The translations under genes and the position numbers were made by a program. Shown one piece after another: positions 1 through 8,757 of a DNA stretch of 64,000 bases. The DNA comes from Planctomycetota bacterium (GTDB lineage Bacteria; Planctomycetota; SZUA-567; H5-PLA8): contig JBBRPR010000009.1 in the NCBI GenBank assembly GCA_038227875.1, positions 128,001 through 192,000 on the forward strand, in the 5' to 3' direction. The notes under the pieces were generated by a model, which was given only the letters and a program-made list of their open reading frames with translations, was not told the DNA's origin and made no database searches. Numbering within the stretch: the stretch's first letter is position 1; every line of letters starts with the position of its first letter.

Positions 1-516
1 CTCTGGCGGCATTCGGTGCTCTCCTCACTGAGCGTCGAGGCAATTCAGGCGCATTCGAAGGTCCAGATTCAGCCCGACGCGTTCACCGCGGCGCTGTTGC
101 ACGACATCGGCAAGCTGGTGCTCAGCCGCTTTCTCGACGCGGACGTGCAGTACATCATGCAATTGGCGCACGATGAAGGCCGGCTGGAGACGCCGGCGGC
201 GGAGTCGGAAATTCTCGGCGTCAATCACGGCGAAGTCGGCGGCCTGATGGCGCAGCACTGGAAGCTTCCCGAATCGATCGTGCGCGGCATCTCGTACCAT
301 CACAACCCCGCGGAATGCGGCGACACGATCTGTTACGTGGTCGCGCTGGCCAACCTGACGGCGCACCGGATCGCCGACAAAACCAGCGACGATCAGGGTT
401 TGCTGCCGCCGAAAAAATATCTCGAACGCCTGAGTTTGACGACCGAGTCGTTCGAAAAAGTCTGCGAGACCGCGTCCAAACGCATGGACGATGTTCAGCG
501 GCGGTACAATGCGTAG
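1..516 (+). CDS. HDOD domain-containing signal transduction protein (5'-truncated by window edge)
   Basis: Frame is open from base 1 (LWRHS...); HDOD motifs AFTAALLHDIGKLVL, E..ILGVNHGEVG, W.LP..I...I.YHH.P. Confidence 0.9.
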   Translation, partial: LWRHSVLSSLSVEAIQAHSKVQIQPDAFTAALLHDIGKLVLSRFLDADVQYIMQLAHDEGRLETPAAESEILGVNHGEVGGLMAQHWKLPESIVRGISYHHNPAECGDTICYVVALANLTAHRIADKTSDDQGLLPPKKYLERLSLTTESFEKVCETASKRMDDVQRRYNA

Positions 517-522
517 CAAAAT

Positions 523-567
523 TTGACGGGTTGAAATCCAGGGCGTAACCTTATGACCAATTGGTCA
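523..567 (+). promoter_or_regulatory. sigma70-type promoter (TTGACG-17bp-TAACCT) with overlapping palindromic operator TGACCAATTGGTCA
   Basis: -35 at 523-528, -10 at 546-551, 17-bp spacer; perfect 14-bp palindrome at 554-567 over the expected transcription start of the AKR gene. Confidence 0.6.
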
Positions 568-646
568 CATGGTTGAAAGCAGACACCCCGTAACGAATTC
601 GTTACAGGGTCATTTCAATTCGAATCCAAATTCCAAGGAGACGCGT

Positions 647-1486
647 GTGCCGAAATCCCTCGCAGCAACCACCACGTTGAACAACGGAGTCAAGATGCCC
701 TGGTTTGGGCTGGGTACCTGGCAGGCCACCGGATCTGGTGTCCGCGACGCGGTGACGTGGGCGCTCGAGGTTGGCTACCGCCACATCGACACCGCGATGA
801 TTTACAACAACGAAACGGATGTTGGGCACGCCGTGCGTGAATCGGGAATTCCACGGCGCGAAATTTTTGTCACGACCAAAGCCTGGAATTCCGATCAGCG
901 CCTGGGCTACGACGCAGTGCTGAAAGCGTTCGACGCATCGATGGGCCGGCTCAACATCGAGTATGTCGATCTGTATCTCGTCCACTGGGCGCTGCCGGGC
1001 ACGTACAAGGACGCGTGGCGCGCGCTCGAAAAAATCTACGGCGACGGCAAAGGTCCGGTGAAGGCGATCGGCGTCAGCAACTTCATGATTCCGCATCTCG
1101 AAGATCTGCTCAAGACGGCAAAGGTCGTGCCTGCGGTGAACCAGGTCGAATTCCATCCGTGGCTGCGCCAGCAACCGCTGCTCGATTTTTGCGTGAAGCA
1201 CAAGATTCAGCACGAAGCGTGGAGCCCGCTGATTCAAGGCAAGGTGAAGGACATCCCAGAATTGAAAACGATCGGCGCGGCGCACAAAAAGTCCCCGGAA
1301 CAGATCGCGCTGCGCTGGGGTTTGCAAAAGGGCTCGGTGATGATTCCCAAATCCACGAACAAGGAGCGGCTTACGTCCAACGCGGCGATCTTCGATTTCG
1401 AACTGAGCGCCGCGGAAATGGCGCAGATCGATGCACTCGACAAAAACAAACGCGTGGGCGCCGATCCATTCAACGTGACGTTCTGA
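647..1486 (+). CDS. Aldo/keto reductase (AKR5/2,5-diketo-D-gluconate reductase-like)
   Basis: GLGTW, GYRHIDTAMIY, FVTTK, DLYLVHW, IGVSNF, VNQVEFHP, IPKS motifs; GTG start at 647 after SD AAGGAG (ORF track starts at 569). Confidence 0.93.
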   Translation: MPKSLAATTTLNNGVKMPWFGLGTWQATGSGVRDAVTWALEVGYRHIDTAMIYNNETDVGHAVRESGIPRREIFVTTKAWNSDQRLGYDAVLKAFDASMGRLNIEYVDLYLVHWALPGTYKDAWRALEKIYGDGKGPVKAIGVSNFMIPHLEDLLKTAKVVPAVNQVEFHPWLRQQPLLDFCVKHKIQHEAWSPLIQGKVKDIPELKTIGAAHKKSPEQIALRWGLQKGSVMIPKSTNKERLTSNAAIFDFELSAAEMAQIDALDKNKRVGADPFNVTF

Positions 1487-1535
1487 AGCGCGATCCGTAA
1501 AATTCATAAAGCCAATCTGTTTGGGTAATATTAGC

Positions 1536-1559
1536 GTGCCGCTGAAGCTTCAGCGGCAC
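1536..1559. repeat. Perfect 24-bp palindrome (REP-like/terminator-like)
   Basis: GTGCCGCTGAAG|CTTCAGCGGCAC, intergenic after the AKR gene. Confidence 0.75.
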
Positions 1560-1806
1560 ACTTCACTATTTTGTGCAAGTCTCTAATAAGGCGCACGTTA
1601 TGAGCATAATGCACAGCTGCACAGCAGGAGAGGCGCCCTCCGCCGCACGAAAGTGCGTGGCGAATTTTTAAAATCGGGCGGAAATCCTTGACGGGCACGT
1701 GAAAGCACTTTACACAATCAAGCCGCTGAAGCAGTTGTGGTCGGGGATCGAAACGTTTCTCGCATCGAATTTTCAGGTCAGGACAGAGGGAGGAGGCACC
1801 TTTTAC

Positions 1807-3507
1807 ATGGCTATACCGCCGAAGAAAGTAGTTCCCGCGAAAGCCCCGGCAGGACCATCCGCAAAATCTCCGGTCAACCCGGCCAAGCACGAGGACGAAG
1901 AGACGACGCTCGCCAAGAAGCGCAAAAAGCGCGACGAGGATGAAGAGGAAGAGGAGGACGCCGAGGACGACGAAGAAGCTGATGACGATGAGGAAGATGA
2001 AGACGACGAAGATGAAGAGGATGATGACGAAGAAGACGAAGATGAAGAAGACATCGACGAAGAAGAATTAGACGAAGAAGAAGAGGAAGAAGAAGACGAG
2101 GAAGAAGAGCTCGACGAGGAAGACCTTGAAGAGGTAGAACTCGACGACGAAGAGCTCGACGAGGACGACGAAGATCTCGATGACGACGAGGATGAAGAAG
2201 ACGACGAAGACGACGAAGACCTCGACGACGACGAAGACGATGAAGACGACGACGATGAGGACGACGAAGACGAAGAGGATGAAGAGGACGACGAAGACGA
2301 ACGTCCCGCACCCAAGAAGAAAAAGGGCAGCCGGGGAGAAGCGGCTGCCGTTGTGGCGGTAGGAGCTGTGGCGGCGGCAGGCGTAACTGCCGCCGCTGTC
2401 ATTGCGGCGAAGAAGGCCGGCGACGCGGGGACCAGCGGCAAATCGCCGGCGGTCAAGGCTGGCTCGGACGCATCCAAGAGCGCCAAGGGGCTCGCGTCGG
2501 TCAAGCCCACGGACGCGGCCAAGAGCGCCAAATCGCTGGCCTCAGTGAAGCCGACCGATGCCTCGAAAAGCGCCAAGGGCCTGGCCTCCGTCAAGAAAGA
2601 TGACGTTGAAGACGCTGATGCCGAAACTGATGTAACCAAGCCGGTGATGAAGGCAGCCTCCGCTCGCCCCCTCAAGGCGGGTGCTTCCTCCGCCTCCGGT
2701 GCGGCCGTCGGTTCAGCGCGTGTGTCAGGCAAAGCGGGCACGTCCCGTTTGTCGCGCGCCGTCGGCGACCCGAAGGAAAAGCAGCCACAGAAGCCAAATA
2801 AGATCGTCGGCTACATGATGATCGCCTGCGTGATCCTGTTCATCCTGATCATCGTGGTGCTGGTCACGCGCTGGGACATCATCAAGGCGCACTTCACCAA
2901 GGGACCGCCGCCGGCACCGGTGAAGAAGCTCTCCGATGCCGCGCAGGCTCTGGTGGACAAAGCGAAACAAGCGCACGACCTGTACGACGAAGGCGTCGCC
3001 GTGCCGCAGGCCGCCGCGGTCCTCTCCGCGCTTCGCGGAAAAACCAAGCCCGATCAGTTGTTGAAAGACAGCAAGCCGGAAGACGCCGAGGCGTTGCGCG
3101 CCGCAGCTTTGAAACTGGAGAAAGCGACGGAGCTTTTCGACAGCATCAAGGATTCCGGAAGCGTGGTGCCGGGGTACGAAGATCTGATCAACGAAGCGCA
3201 GAAGCGCCTGCCGGAAATCGACAAGGAACGCCACGAACTGGCGGATGTGGCCACCAGCATCGAGATGGCGAATATGGGCAAGGGCTTGAACAAGCCCCCG
3301 CCGCCCGACAACAAGCAGCCGGGCACTACGCCGCCGGTCGGTACCGGGATCCCCAAGCCGCCGGAAGAAATTCCGACGCCGCCAGATGGCATGACCATGG
3401 ACGATTGGCTGAAAAAGCTGGAAGAAGAGGACTACAGCAAGGCCTCAGACATCCGCAAGCTGATCAAGAAGAAGGAAAAAGAGAAGCAGGATCAAGAGAA
3501 GAAGTAG
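1807..3507 (+). CDS. Membrane-anchored hypothetical protein with extreme Asp/Glu tract
   Basis: ATG 1807 after SD AGGAGG; 123-codon D/E tract (1933-2301); three 15-aa repeats; TM helix IVGYMMIACVILFILIIVVLV; helical/Pro-rich C-terminal part; followed by a terminator. Confidence 0.85.
   Translation: MAIPPKKVVPAKAPAGPSAKSPVNPAKHEDEETTLAKKRKKRDEDEEEEEDAEDDEEADDDEEDEDDEDEEDDDEEDEDEEDIDEEELDEEEEEEEDEEEELDEEDLEEVELDDEELDEDDEDLDDDEDEEDDEDDEDLDDDEDDEDDDDEDDEDEEDEEDDEDERPAPKKKKGSRGEAAAVVAVGAVAAAGVTAAAVIAAKKAGDAGTSGKSPAVKAGSDASKSAKGLASVKPTDAAKSAKSLASVKPTDASKSAKGLASVKKDDVEDADAETDVTKPVMKAASARPLKAGASSASGAAVGSARVSGKAGTSRLSRAVGDPKEKQPQKPNKIVGYMMIACVILFILIIVVLVTRWDIIKAHFTKGPPPAPVKKLSDAAQALVDKAKQAHDLYDEGVAVPQAAAVLSALRGKTKPDQLLKDSKPEDAEALRAAALKLEKATELFDSIKDSGSVVPGYEDLINEAQKRLPEIDKERHELADVATSIEMANMGKGLNKPPPPDNKQPGTTPPVGTGIPKPPEEIPTPPDGMTMDDWLKKLEEEDYSKASDIRKLIKKKEKEKQDQEKK
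2467..2601 (+). repeat. Three tandem 45-bp coding repeats (DASKSAKGLASVKPT)
   Basis: DASKSAKGLASVKPT / DAAKSAKSLASVKPT / DASKSAKGLASVKKD with synonymous divergence. Confidence 0.85.
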
Positions 3508-3529
3508 CTTCAACCAGAACGGAAACGGC

Positions 3530-3574
3530 AAAGCGAGCAATTTGGATCTATCCAAATTGCTCGCTTTTTTATTT
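3530..3574 (+). terminator. Intrinsic terminator between convergent genes
   Basis: AAAGCGAGCAATTTGGA-tcta-TCCAAATTGCTCGCTTT followed by a T run. Confidence 0.85.
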
Positions 3575-3621
3575 AGAGAGTCTAGTGGTGGAAAGTTAGG
3601 CCAAGCGGCAATATCGCTCGA

Positions 3622-5988
3622 TCACACGATCTCCAGATTGACCTGCTTCTTCCCCAGATCGATATGCAGGATCCGCACGTCAAGCTTGTCGCCGAGGCGG
3701 AAGCTGCGTCGGTTGCGTCGGCCTTGCAGCAAGTGCTGGTTCTCGAAGTACTCGTAGTAATCCTCGTCGATGTCTTCGACCTTGACCATGCCTTCGACGT
3801 AGCAGTCCTGCAATTCCACGAACAGTCCAAACTCGCGCACGCCAGTGATCAGGCCGGGATGCGATTCTTTCATGTTGCGTCGCAGGAATTCGATCTGCCG
3901 GAACTTTTTGACTTCGGCCTCGGCCGAGGCCGCCTCGCGTTCGCGAATCGAGCAGTGCTGCGCCAGCGGCCGCAGAAACGCGATGCGTTTAAAGTACGAC
4001 TGCCCCGCCGCTCCGCCGCCGCGCTTTTTTCCGTGCACGGGCAACGCGGCTTCGCCGGGCGTGAAGTGCGAATCGAGCGCGCGGTGGACGATCAAGTCCG
4101 GGTAGCGCCGGATCGGGCTGGTGAAATGCAGGTACCGCGAAAAGTTCAGCGCGAAATGAGGCTGGCATTCGGCGGCATACTTCGCTTGCTTCAAGCTCGT
4201 CAGCAACGCCAGATGAACCGTGTGTGCGAAGTCCTTGCCGCGCACCCGGTCGAGCACGCTCTTCAACTTCAAGCGGTCCAGCGGCGGGCGCAGGGAGATG
4301 CCGAACTCCTTCACGAATTCCATGAAGCGGTCGAGCGACTCGGGTTTCGGATCTTCGTGGATGCGGAAGAGCCCCGGGATTTCATGCTCGACCAGGTACA
4401 TCGCGACAGCGCGGTTGGCGGCGAGCATCATGTCTTCGATCAGCTCGTGCGCCCAGTGGTGTTCGGCCTTCTCCCAGCCGGCAACCTCGTTCTGAGCATT
4501 GAGCTTCAACTTAACTTCCGGCAGTTCCAACTCGAGCGACCCGGTGGCCAGGCGCTTCTTACGCAGCGCTTCGGCAAAGGGGCGCATGACTTTCAGCGCC
4601 GCGTAGATCTCCGGCGTGCCGACGAGCTCCGGCTTTTCCTGCTCCAGAGCGTCGCGGACTTGATCGTACGTCAGGAACGCCGCCGAGCGGATGTAGCTGC
4701 GTTCGATCTTGATCGTGTCGATGGTCAAGTTGGGCGTGAAGGTCATCGAGACGGTCTTGGTCAGGCGCGTTTTGCCTTGCACCAGCGAGCAGAGATTGTT
4801 CGAGAGCTTCTGCGGGAGCATCGGGAAGACGCTGCCCGGCAAATAGACGCTCGTCGACCGCTCGCGCGCTTCCAGATCGATGGGGCTGCCTTCGCGGACA
4901 TAGTGCGAGACATCGGCGATGTGAACCAGCAGCGTGATGCGCCCGTCGTCCTCCGTGCGGATGGCGACGGCGTCGTCGTGGTCTTTGGCGTCCGGCGGAT
5001 CGATGGTGAACGTGATCGGGGTCGAGTAATCCGTGCGGCCGATCAGGTCTTCGTCGGGAACTTCCAAGCCAATGGCTTCGGCCGCGGCGAGCACTTCCTC
5101 GGGAAATTTGGTGCGGACGTTGAAATTCTCGACGATCGCGCGCACGTCCGCGTCGGCTTCACCGGCGGGTCCGAAGACTTCGATCACCCGCACCAGCGGC
5201 CGGAAGCCCGCGCGCTGCGAGCCTTCCGGGTCGACCAGTTCGACGGCGACCTTGTCGTGGTGCTTGGCGCCGTTGCGGTCAAGAGGCATCACGTCGAATT
5301 CGGTGAACATGCCGCGCGCGTCGGGGATTACGGTGCCGCCCAGCGCATGGCGGAAGCGATCGCTTTCCTGCGCCTGGTACGTCCCGATGATCCGCGAGCG
5401 GCCACGTTCCAGAATTTTCACCACGCGTCCGGAGGCGCGCGAATGCGGCGAGCCGTAGCTCTGTCCGAACTTGCCGCGCCGCGGGCGTTCCACGCGGCGG
5501 CTCAACGCCACCGCCACGAGATCGCCGCTGAGCGCCCCGCAGAGATCGTCGGCGCCGACGAAAATATCGTTGCCGGCCGTTTCGCTGATGACAAAGCCCA
5601 TCCCGCCGCGCTTCACCTCGATGCGACCGATGATGGTGCCCTTGGGTGCGCGTACCTGCTTGCGCGCGTGAGCGTCCTCCTCGTCTTCCTCCGGCTCCGG
5701 TTCGTCGCCCGGTTCGGCTTCTGTTGATTCGTCTGAATCGTGGTCGCGCGATTTCTTTCCGGCCGGCTTGCGTTCCGCGCCGCCATCGGTGGCGGGGAGT
5801 CCGAATTTGCCGCGGCGCAATTCGGCGATCTCGCCGCTTTCCGCCAGTGCCTCCAGGATGCGGCGGAACTGCCCGTAGAATTCATCGGGAATTTCCAGCG
5901 CCTTGGCCAGTCCGCGTTTGCGCATCGGCATGTACTTCGCCGAGGCCATCAATTCAAAAATCCGGGCTTTGGTCTGATCGGTGTCCAT
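3622..5988 (-). CDS. rnr: Ribonuclease R
   Basis: N-terminal HTH, cold-shock domains, RNB motif TIDPPDAKDHDDA, HFTSPIRRYPDL, C-terminal S1 domain. Confidence 0.93.
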   Translation of the reverse strand: MDTDQTKARIFELMASAKYMPMRKRGLAKALEIPDEFYGQFRRILEALAESGEIAELRRGKFGLPATDGGAERKPAGKKSRDHDSDESTEAEPGDEPEPEEDEEDAHARKQVRAPKGTIIGRIEVKRGGMGFVISETAGNDIFVGADDLCGALSGDLVAVALSRRVERPRRGKFGQSYGSPHSRASGRVVKILERGRSRIIGTYQAQESDRFRHALGGTVIPDARGMFTEFDVMPLDRNGAKHHDKVAVELVDPEGSQRAGFRPLVRVIEVFGPAGEADADVRAIVENFNVRTKFPEEVLAAAEAIGLEVPDEDLIGRTDYSTPITFTIDPPDAKDHDDAVAIRTEDDGRITLLVHIADVSHYVREGSPIDLEARERSTSVYLPGSVFPMLPQKLSNNLCSLVQGKTRLTKTVSMTFTPNLTIDTIKIERSYIRSAAFLTYDQVRDALEQEKPELVGTPEIYAALKVMRPFAEALRKKRLATGSLELELPEVKLKLNAQNEVAGWEKAEHHWAHELIEDMMLAANRAVAMYLVEHEIPGLFRIHEDPKPESLDRFMEFVKEFGISLRPPLDRLKLKSVLDRVRGKDFAHTVHLALLTSLKQAKYAAECQPHFALNFSRYLHFTSPIRRYPDLIVHRALDSHFTPGEAALPVHGKKRGGGAAGQSYFKRIAFLRPLAQHCSIREREAASAEAEVKKFRQIEFLRRNMKESHPGLITGVREFGLFVELQDCYVEGMVKVEDIDEDYYEYFENQHLLQGRRNRRSFRLGDKLDVRILHIDLGKKQVNLEIV

Positions 5989-6043
5989 GGTAGCAGTTTA
6001 GTCGAAGCGGCGCCGATCTGCAGGACATCTGCGCGAAACGCAC

Positions 6044-7249
6044 CTAAGCGTCGCGCGCGACGTTGAAGACGAGACGGGTACTTCCCTGATCGTCTTCCAC
6101 TTCAGTGGAGTGGTGTTGGTGGCGCGACGGCTTTTTCTGGGAGAGCAGCACGACACCGCCGATCAGCGCGAGGATCAGCACGACCAGCGTGAATATTTTC
6201 CAGAAACTGTACGGCCGGTCGCCAGTCACTTCTCCGGTCTGGCCGTTGATCTGGAAGCAGAAACTTTTGTTGTTGAAGCGGTAGCAGCTCACCCACAGCG
6301 GCAGCAGTATGTGCTTGTAGGTGATGCCATTGTACGCGGTATTGATCGACAGAATGCGCTGCTCGTCGCCGCCGATTTCGCTGCGCACGCCTTCGCGGAT
6401 TTCGTCGGCGATCACGGATTTCGCCTTGCTCCAGCCTTCTTCGCAGGAGACGGCGTAGCGTTCCGCGCCGAAGCCGCTGAGGTACTCGGGCGTGTATGGC
6501 GTCAGTTCGTTCAGACCGTATTTCGTCGGGTACTTGGCGTCTTTGCCCGCGTCGATCAGCACGTCGTCGAAAAATTCGCTGTGAACGCCGGAGACTGGAA
6601 TCCACATCGTGTGCCGGACCTGGCGTGTCTTGGTGACGGTCTTGCCGTCTTCGGTGGTCGTGTAGGTTTCCGTTGTGTAATAGTACGTACCGCGTTCGCC
6701 CATCCAGTGGCTAATGGTGTTGGAGTCGTACGTCCAGAAGGGCCGGTAGACGCCATGGAGTTGCTTGGCGTGCGAATCGTTTTTGAGCGAATTGGGCGCG
6801 AACCAGAGTCCGGAAATCCACTTCGAGAACAGTTTCTGCGCTTCTTCGAGCGTGACTTTGAATGGCAGCACCGCTTCGGGCGTGACGATGTCCTCGGCCG
6901 TCTTCTCGCCTTCGCCGTCCTCCACCACCAACGGCGCGCCACAGTAACCGCAGGTTGTCGCGCGGATATTCGCGTCGAGATGCGCGATCGCGCCACAGCC
7001 GCTGCAGCGGACATCGCGGCGCTGGCCGGGCGTTTCGCCGTAGCCGGTGGACTTGGGTTTCGCGAGGTAATCGTTGAACGAGTACTCTTTGATCTCATCG
7101 GCCGTCTGCGGAATCTTTTCTTCGTGCCCGCAGAAACCGCACTTCAACGCGCCGTCCTTCGGCGCAAAAACCAGATTCGCGCCGCAGGCCTTGCAGGGAA
7201 ACTTGCGCTCTTTCTCGGTGACGGTCGGTGCGGCTTCTTCTTGCGCCAT
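6044..7249 (-). CDS. Zinc-ribbon membrane protein (YdjG-like, SPFH-associated)
   Basis: Four CxxC pairs (CKAC, CGFC, CSGC, CGYC), YRPFWTYD, LLPLW, INGQTG..G.RP motif, C-terminal TM; ATG 7249 preferred. Confidence 0.8.
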   Translation of the reverse strand: MAQEEAAPTVTEKERKFPCKACGANLVFAPKDGALKCGFCGHEEKIPQTADEIKEYSFNDYLAKPKSTGYGETPGQRRDVRCSGCGAIAHLDANIRATTCGYCGAPLVVEDGEGEKTAEDIVTPEAVLPFKVTLEEAQKLFSKWISGLWFAPNSLKNDSHAKQLHGVYRPFWTYDSNTISHWMGERGTYYYTTETYTTTEDGKTVTKTRQVRHTMWIPVSGVHSEFFDDVLIDAGKDAKYPTKYGLNELTPYTPEYLSGFGAERYAVSCEEGWSKAKSVIADEIREGVRSEIGGDEQRILSINTAYNGITYKHILLPLWVSCYRFNNKSFCFQINGQTGEVTGDRPYSFWKIFTLVVLILALIGGVVLLSQKKPSRHQHHSTEVEDDQGSTRLVFNVARDA

Positions 7250-7368
7250 AGCTTTCCGTGACACCCATGGAGTCGGCGGGCAGAAAAGCTGGCTATCTTA
7301 AGACAGCCAGTTTGACGGATTATTTTTGGAAGACTTTACGCCTGGAGTGAGCGCGCGCAAGGTTCACG

Positions 7369-8388
7369 CTACAATTTCGCCAGCAGCTCAGTCTTCTTCG
7401 CCGTGTACTCCGCCGCATCGATCAGCCCGGCTTCCATGAGCTTCTTCAGCTGGCTGAGTTTCCCGACGATGTCCTCGGCTCCACCGGCAGCGGGAGCCGC
7501 CGGGGCCGCAGCGGGCTGCGGTTGCTGTTGAGCGGCGGCCATGGCGCTGGCCATCTGCCCGCCCATCATCGCGCCCGCGCCCAATCCCATGCCGATGCCG
7601 GCCATGCCGCCGGGCTGTTTCGCCGCGTCGGGAATCGCATTGGCGACCTGGAACTGCGTGAAGCGATTGAGATCGCCGATCGCGCCCATCTGCGAGCGCT
7701 TGTCGAGCGCTGCTTCGACTTCTGGCGGGACGGAGATATTCGAAATGATGAAGCGCGTCAGAGTCAGGCCGTGGGATTCGAAATCCGCGCCGATATCCTT
7801 GGTCAGCGCGCCGCCGATCTCCTTGTAGTTCGCCGCCAAGTCCAGGCACGGCACCTTGGCTTTGCCCAATGCTTCAGCGAACGCCTGGAGCAGCATGTCG
7901 CGAAGGTACTCGCTGATCTTTTCCGTCTCGAAGAGGCCGTCGGTGCCGACGATCTCTTTCAGGAAGACGCCGGGATCAGAGATGCGCACCGCATACGCGC
8001 CAAATGCGCGGAGGCGAACGACGCCGAAGTCGGCATCGCGCATCATGATCGGATTCTGCGTGCCCCACTTCAGGTCCGTGAACTGCCGCGTCGCGACGAA
8101 GTACACTTCGCTCTTAAAGGGGGATTCGAAGCCGTACTTCCAGCCCAGCAGCGTGGAGAGGATGGGCAGATTCTTGGAATCGAGCGTGTAGGTGCCCGGT
8201 CCCATGACGTCGGCGAGCTTGCCTTCGCGGATGAAGACCGCCGCCTGGCCTTCGCGGACGACGAGCTTCGCGCCGTTCTTGATTTCCTTGGCGTAGACGG
8301 GAAAGCGGTAGACCATCGTGTCGCGGGAATCGTCGACCCACTCGATGATCTCAATGAACTGTGCCGTCAACCGATCGAAGAACCCCAT
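7369..8388 (-). CDS. SPFH/band-7 domain protein (YdjI/'virion core protein'-like) with C-terminal SHOCT
   Basis: IEIIEW...MVYRFP, LVVREGQAAVF, SPFKSEVYFV, KWGT.NP, Gly/Met-rich linker, LSQLKKLMEAGLID..EY..KK.ELL (SHOCT); ATG 8388 after SD GGAGA. Confidence 0.9.
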   Translation of the reverse strand: MGFFDRLTAQFIEIIEWVDDSRDTMVYRFPVYAKEIKNGAKLVVREGQAAVFIREGKLADVMGPGTYTLDSKNLPILSTLLGWKYGFESPFKSEVYFVATRQFTDLKWGTQNPIMMRDADFGVVRLRAFGAYAVRISDPGVFLKEIVGTDGLFETEKISEYLRDMLLQAFAEALGKAKVPCLDLAANYKEIGGALTKDIGADFESHGLTLTRFIISNISVPPEVEAALDKRSQMGAIGDLNRFTQFQVANAIPDAAKQPGGMAGIGMGLGAGAMMGGQMASAMAAAQQQPQPAAAPAAPAAGGAEDIVGKLSQLKKLMEAGLIDAAEYTAKKTELLAKL

Positions 8389-8566
8389 GCGGACGTCTCC
8401 TTTTTTAACGCGAAGCACGTGGTGAAGTGACGGGAGAATAATACCTCACAGAGGCCATCACTGGCAACGCCTATTGAGCGCCAAGTGGTGGACACAAAAT
8501 GCGGTTTTTCATAGGCGAAGTTCGGCTTACAAAAATAGTTCCGATTTGTAACGCGCTACGTATTTC

Positions 8567-8650
8567 ATCTCACGCAAAGGCGCGAAGCCGCAAAGAACGG
8601 ATTTTTTGATCTCGCGCAAAGACGCAAAGACGCCAAGAACGGATTTTCGA
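8567..8650 (+). repeat. Two tandem 42-bp CGCAAAG-rich intergenic repeats
   Basis: ATCTCACGCAAAGGCGCGAAGCCGCAAAGAACGGATTTT.. at 8567 and ATCTCGCGCAAAGACGCAAAGACGCCAAGAACGGATTTT.. at 8609; a third copy is inverted at 18655-18688. Confidence 0.8.
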
Positions 8651-8757
8651 AAGGGATGTTGAATTTGGCTTGAGCTCAAATCCCACGCAAGGGGTGCTGC
8701 CCTGAGCTTGTCGAACGGGCGGGAAGAATGTGGCGGTTGCAAATTGGCGCGCTGAAC

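Noticed and set aside
1803..2741. Poly-serine ORF on the minus strand
   Set aside because: Antisense shadow of the GAN-codon acidic tract; the plus-strand gene has an SD, a TM helix and a terminator.
8567..8650. Possible CRISPR array
   Set aside because: Only two degenerate adjacent units, no unique spacers and no cas genes.
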